Positions 59,410-60,936 of a stretch of 60,936 nt of DNA are shown in pieces. The notes under the pieces are model-generated. The model worked only from the letters and a program-made list of their open reading frames with translations. It searched no databases and was not told where the DNA came from. Both the position numbers and the translations under genes were made by a program. Within the stretch, counting starts at the first letter, position 1, and each line of letters opens with the position of its first letter. The stretch comes from a virus, in the IMG/VR virus record IMGVR_UViG_3300015241_000003; one strand, written 5' to 3'.

Positions 59410-60308
59410 TAAATCTCTTTCTCCCTTCGTTTATTAGCCTCCCTGAGTAGGGCGGATTCACGTTGTTTGCGTTTTGTTTCCTCTGTATGGGTACGCCCTT
59501 TCTGGGCATTTCTCATTTTTTGCTTTGTCTCTTCAGTAGCGATACGCCCTTTTGGTCTTGGTATTCCCCTCTGTACTTCGCTCATTTTCTGACGTGACTC
59601 TTCGCTGTGAGACTTCCCTTTATTGGCTTCGCTTAGTTTTTTTCTCGTTTCCTCAGTGACTATATGCCCTTTAATAGCACCTTTCCCTTTGTGCGACCCA
59701 CTTATTTTTCGCTTGGTTTCTTCGCCAAGGCGCTTGCCCTTGTTGACCTCGCTTAATTTTGCTCGGGTCTTTTCACTGACAATGCGTCCCTTGTGCGCTT
59801 TACTGAGTTTTTGCCTAGTTTCTTCTGTCTTGACTACTCCCTTGCTTATATTGTTGCCTAGCATCATAACACGTCTCTTTTCACGTGTTTTTTTGGAAAC
59901 AACGAGCTTTTTATGGGATTCGCTCATTTTCCTTCGTATTTCCTCGCTAGGGTTAGATTGTCCCTCTCCGCCATTGTTGAGATTTGTAAGCCCATCCATA
60001 AAGAAGATGAGGGCAATTTCATATTCAAAGGCATCCTTTTCACTGGCAAAGTAGGCCAGGATTGTTTTAACAACCTCTTTACCTTCTGACAGTATCTTGC
60101 GGATAACATTACACTTATAAGGGTTTTCGTCCTTCCCTGATCGTGCCTCTACCTCATGCCACTTAATTCTTCTACCTGAACCTTTGCCGATATAAAAAAT
60201 TCTACCTCCCATTGAATCGGGATAAGCGAGGGCGTAAACGTAGTGCTTGCCTTGCGGGTTGTTCTGAGGTATAGTGTCACTCATGATAGAAACTTGCCTT
60301 TCTGTCAT
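59409..60308 (-). mobile_element. free-standing GIY-YIG homing endonuclease with about nine NUMOD3 repeats
   Basis: GIY-YIG elements are present: YVYALAY, IFYIGKGSGRR and EYEIALI. Repeated (T/S)EE(T/S)(R/K)xK(L/M/I)Sxx(H/N/Q)KG(K/R) units follow. The start is ATG 60308 or 60284, and the ORF track extends to 60401. Confidence 0.8.
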
Positions 60309-60633
60309 CACGCCTCGGATGCTACCCGTATCGATGGTTAGAACATCGGTACAGCATTGCGAGGCAAAACCATATTCAAATTTACCTCTACATTTTATCA
60401 TAAACCCGCCTGTAGAGCAAGTTTATCCACTATTAGGTACCTACAAATTGCGGTGTCATATGCCTCCCTCTTGTGCAAGTTACTTTCACCCTTCTCGCAC
60501 GTTCTAAGCGTAGAAAGGTAAAATCATATGTTTCAATATGTCAAAGTTGCTCTAAAAGCACTCTTCATCGCTGCTATGCTCCTTATCGCTGTATTAGTGC
60601 TCTATATCCTTTGCTTTGTTGTCTGGTATGGAC

Positions 60634-60936
60634 CTAGATGAAGTAGCCATAGATATACCAGTCCTGCAAGACGATATTTGCGCCACTTGCTTTGACCGTG
60701 ATTTGTCCGCCTGCGGAAAGAGGCGCGATCACAACCCCCATGCAATACGTGTTTGTAGGCCCCGCTGCCGTAAAATTGGCATACTGCCCTGGCGTTGCTC
60801 CCGTTGGATAAATTGAGACGGACCCTCCCTGCGCAGTGACAGAGAAGATCCCGACTTGGAGCAACACAGCAATAGCGCCGCTTGGGATACCGCCAACGCC
60901 TGTACATGTCAAGGTGGTCGTGTTGCCATTGTTGAC
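60634..60936 (-). CDS. small tail fibre-like protein, C-terminal part (continues from 299..1)
   Basis: Frame is continuous with 1-299 across the overlap. Stop is TAG at 60634-60636. The product is Gly/Thr/Ala-rich and beta-rich. Confidence 0.6.
   Translation of the reverse strand, partial: VNNGNTTTLTCTGVGGIPSGAIAVLLQVGIFSVTAQGGSVSIYPTGATPGQYANFTAAGPTNTYCMGVVIAPLSAGGQITVKASGANIVLQDWYIYGYFI
60860..60936. repeat. terminal overlap identical to 1-77
   Basis: Same 77-nt string as the window start. Confidence 0.95.

Noticed and set aside
59460-59930. Periodic nucleotide repeats that could be mistaken for a tandem-repeat or CRISPR-like array.
   Set aside because: They are the coding image of the NUMOD3 protein repeats in the GIY-YIG endonuclease. 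The period and spacers are irregular, and there is no repeat-spacer structure. No CRISPR array is present anywhere in the window.
60528-60641. A plus-strand 37-aa hydrophobic ORF (MFQYVKVALKALFIAAMLLIAVLVLYILCFVVWYGPR) in the gap before the fibre gene.
   Set aside because: It has only a weak RBS (AAAGG), lies opposite to all neighbours, and overlaps the stop of the minus-strand fibre gene. It is plausible but unsupported, so it is not listed as a feature.

Overview
The window is a complete tailed dsDNA phage genome. Bases 1-77 are identical to 60860-60936, so it closes into a circle of about 60,859 unique bp, and one gene reads through the junction. Roughly 1-24,200 and 57,490-60,936 (minus strand) form one long late operon: small and large terminase, a portal fused to a 2H-phosphoesterase domain, protease/scaffold, an HK97-type capsid protein with an Fn3-like insertion, head-tail connectors, major tail, G/GT chaperones with a T8 slippery site, tape measure, Dit, two beta-helix tailspikes, a LamG tail protein, a small fibre, a free-standing GIY-YIG/NUMOD3 endonuclease, and a lysis cassette (GH25 lysin, XhlA-like protein, two holin candidates). 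Roughly 24,300-51,600 holds two tRNA-Glu genes, the replication/recombination genes (DnaB, an O-like initiator with intragenic dyad iterons, a DnaQ-like exonuclease, a Rad52-like annealase), many HTH regulators and accessory genes. The accessory genes include an H-NOX-like/winged-helix fusion, a papain-like peptidase, a membrane-anchored glucosaminidase, J-domain and KGG proteins, and a Gp37/Gp68 protein. Region 51,600-57,500 (plus strand) is a set of short early-type cassettes, each behind a near-consensus TTGACA-17-TATACT promoter and closed by a hairpin terminator. I found no integrase, ParA, CRISPR array or rRNA. The items most worth follow-up are the H-NOX-like one-component regulator, the portal-2H phosphoesterase fusion, three promoter/terminator-bounded non-coding loci (one with an aberrant tRNA-Leu-like fold), and a 368-aa protein followed by three perfect 21-bp iterons that share a TAGACG core with the origin dyads. 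All protein-family calls rest on motifs read by eye and on gene order. No database search was run.
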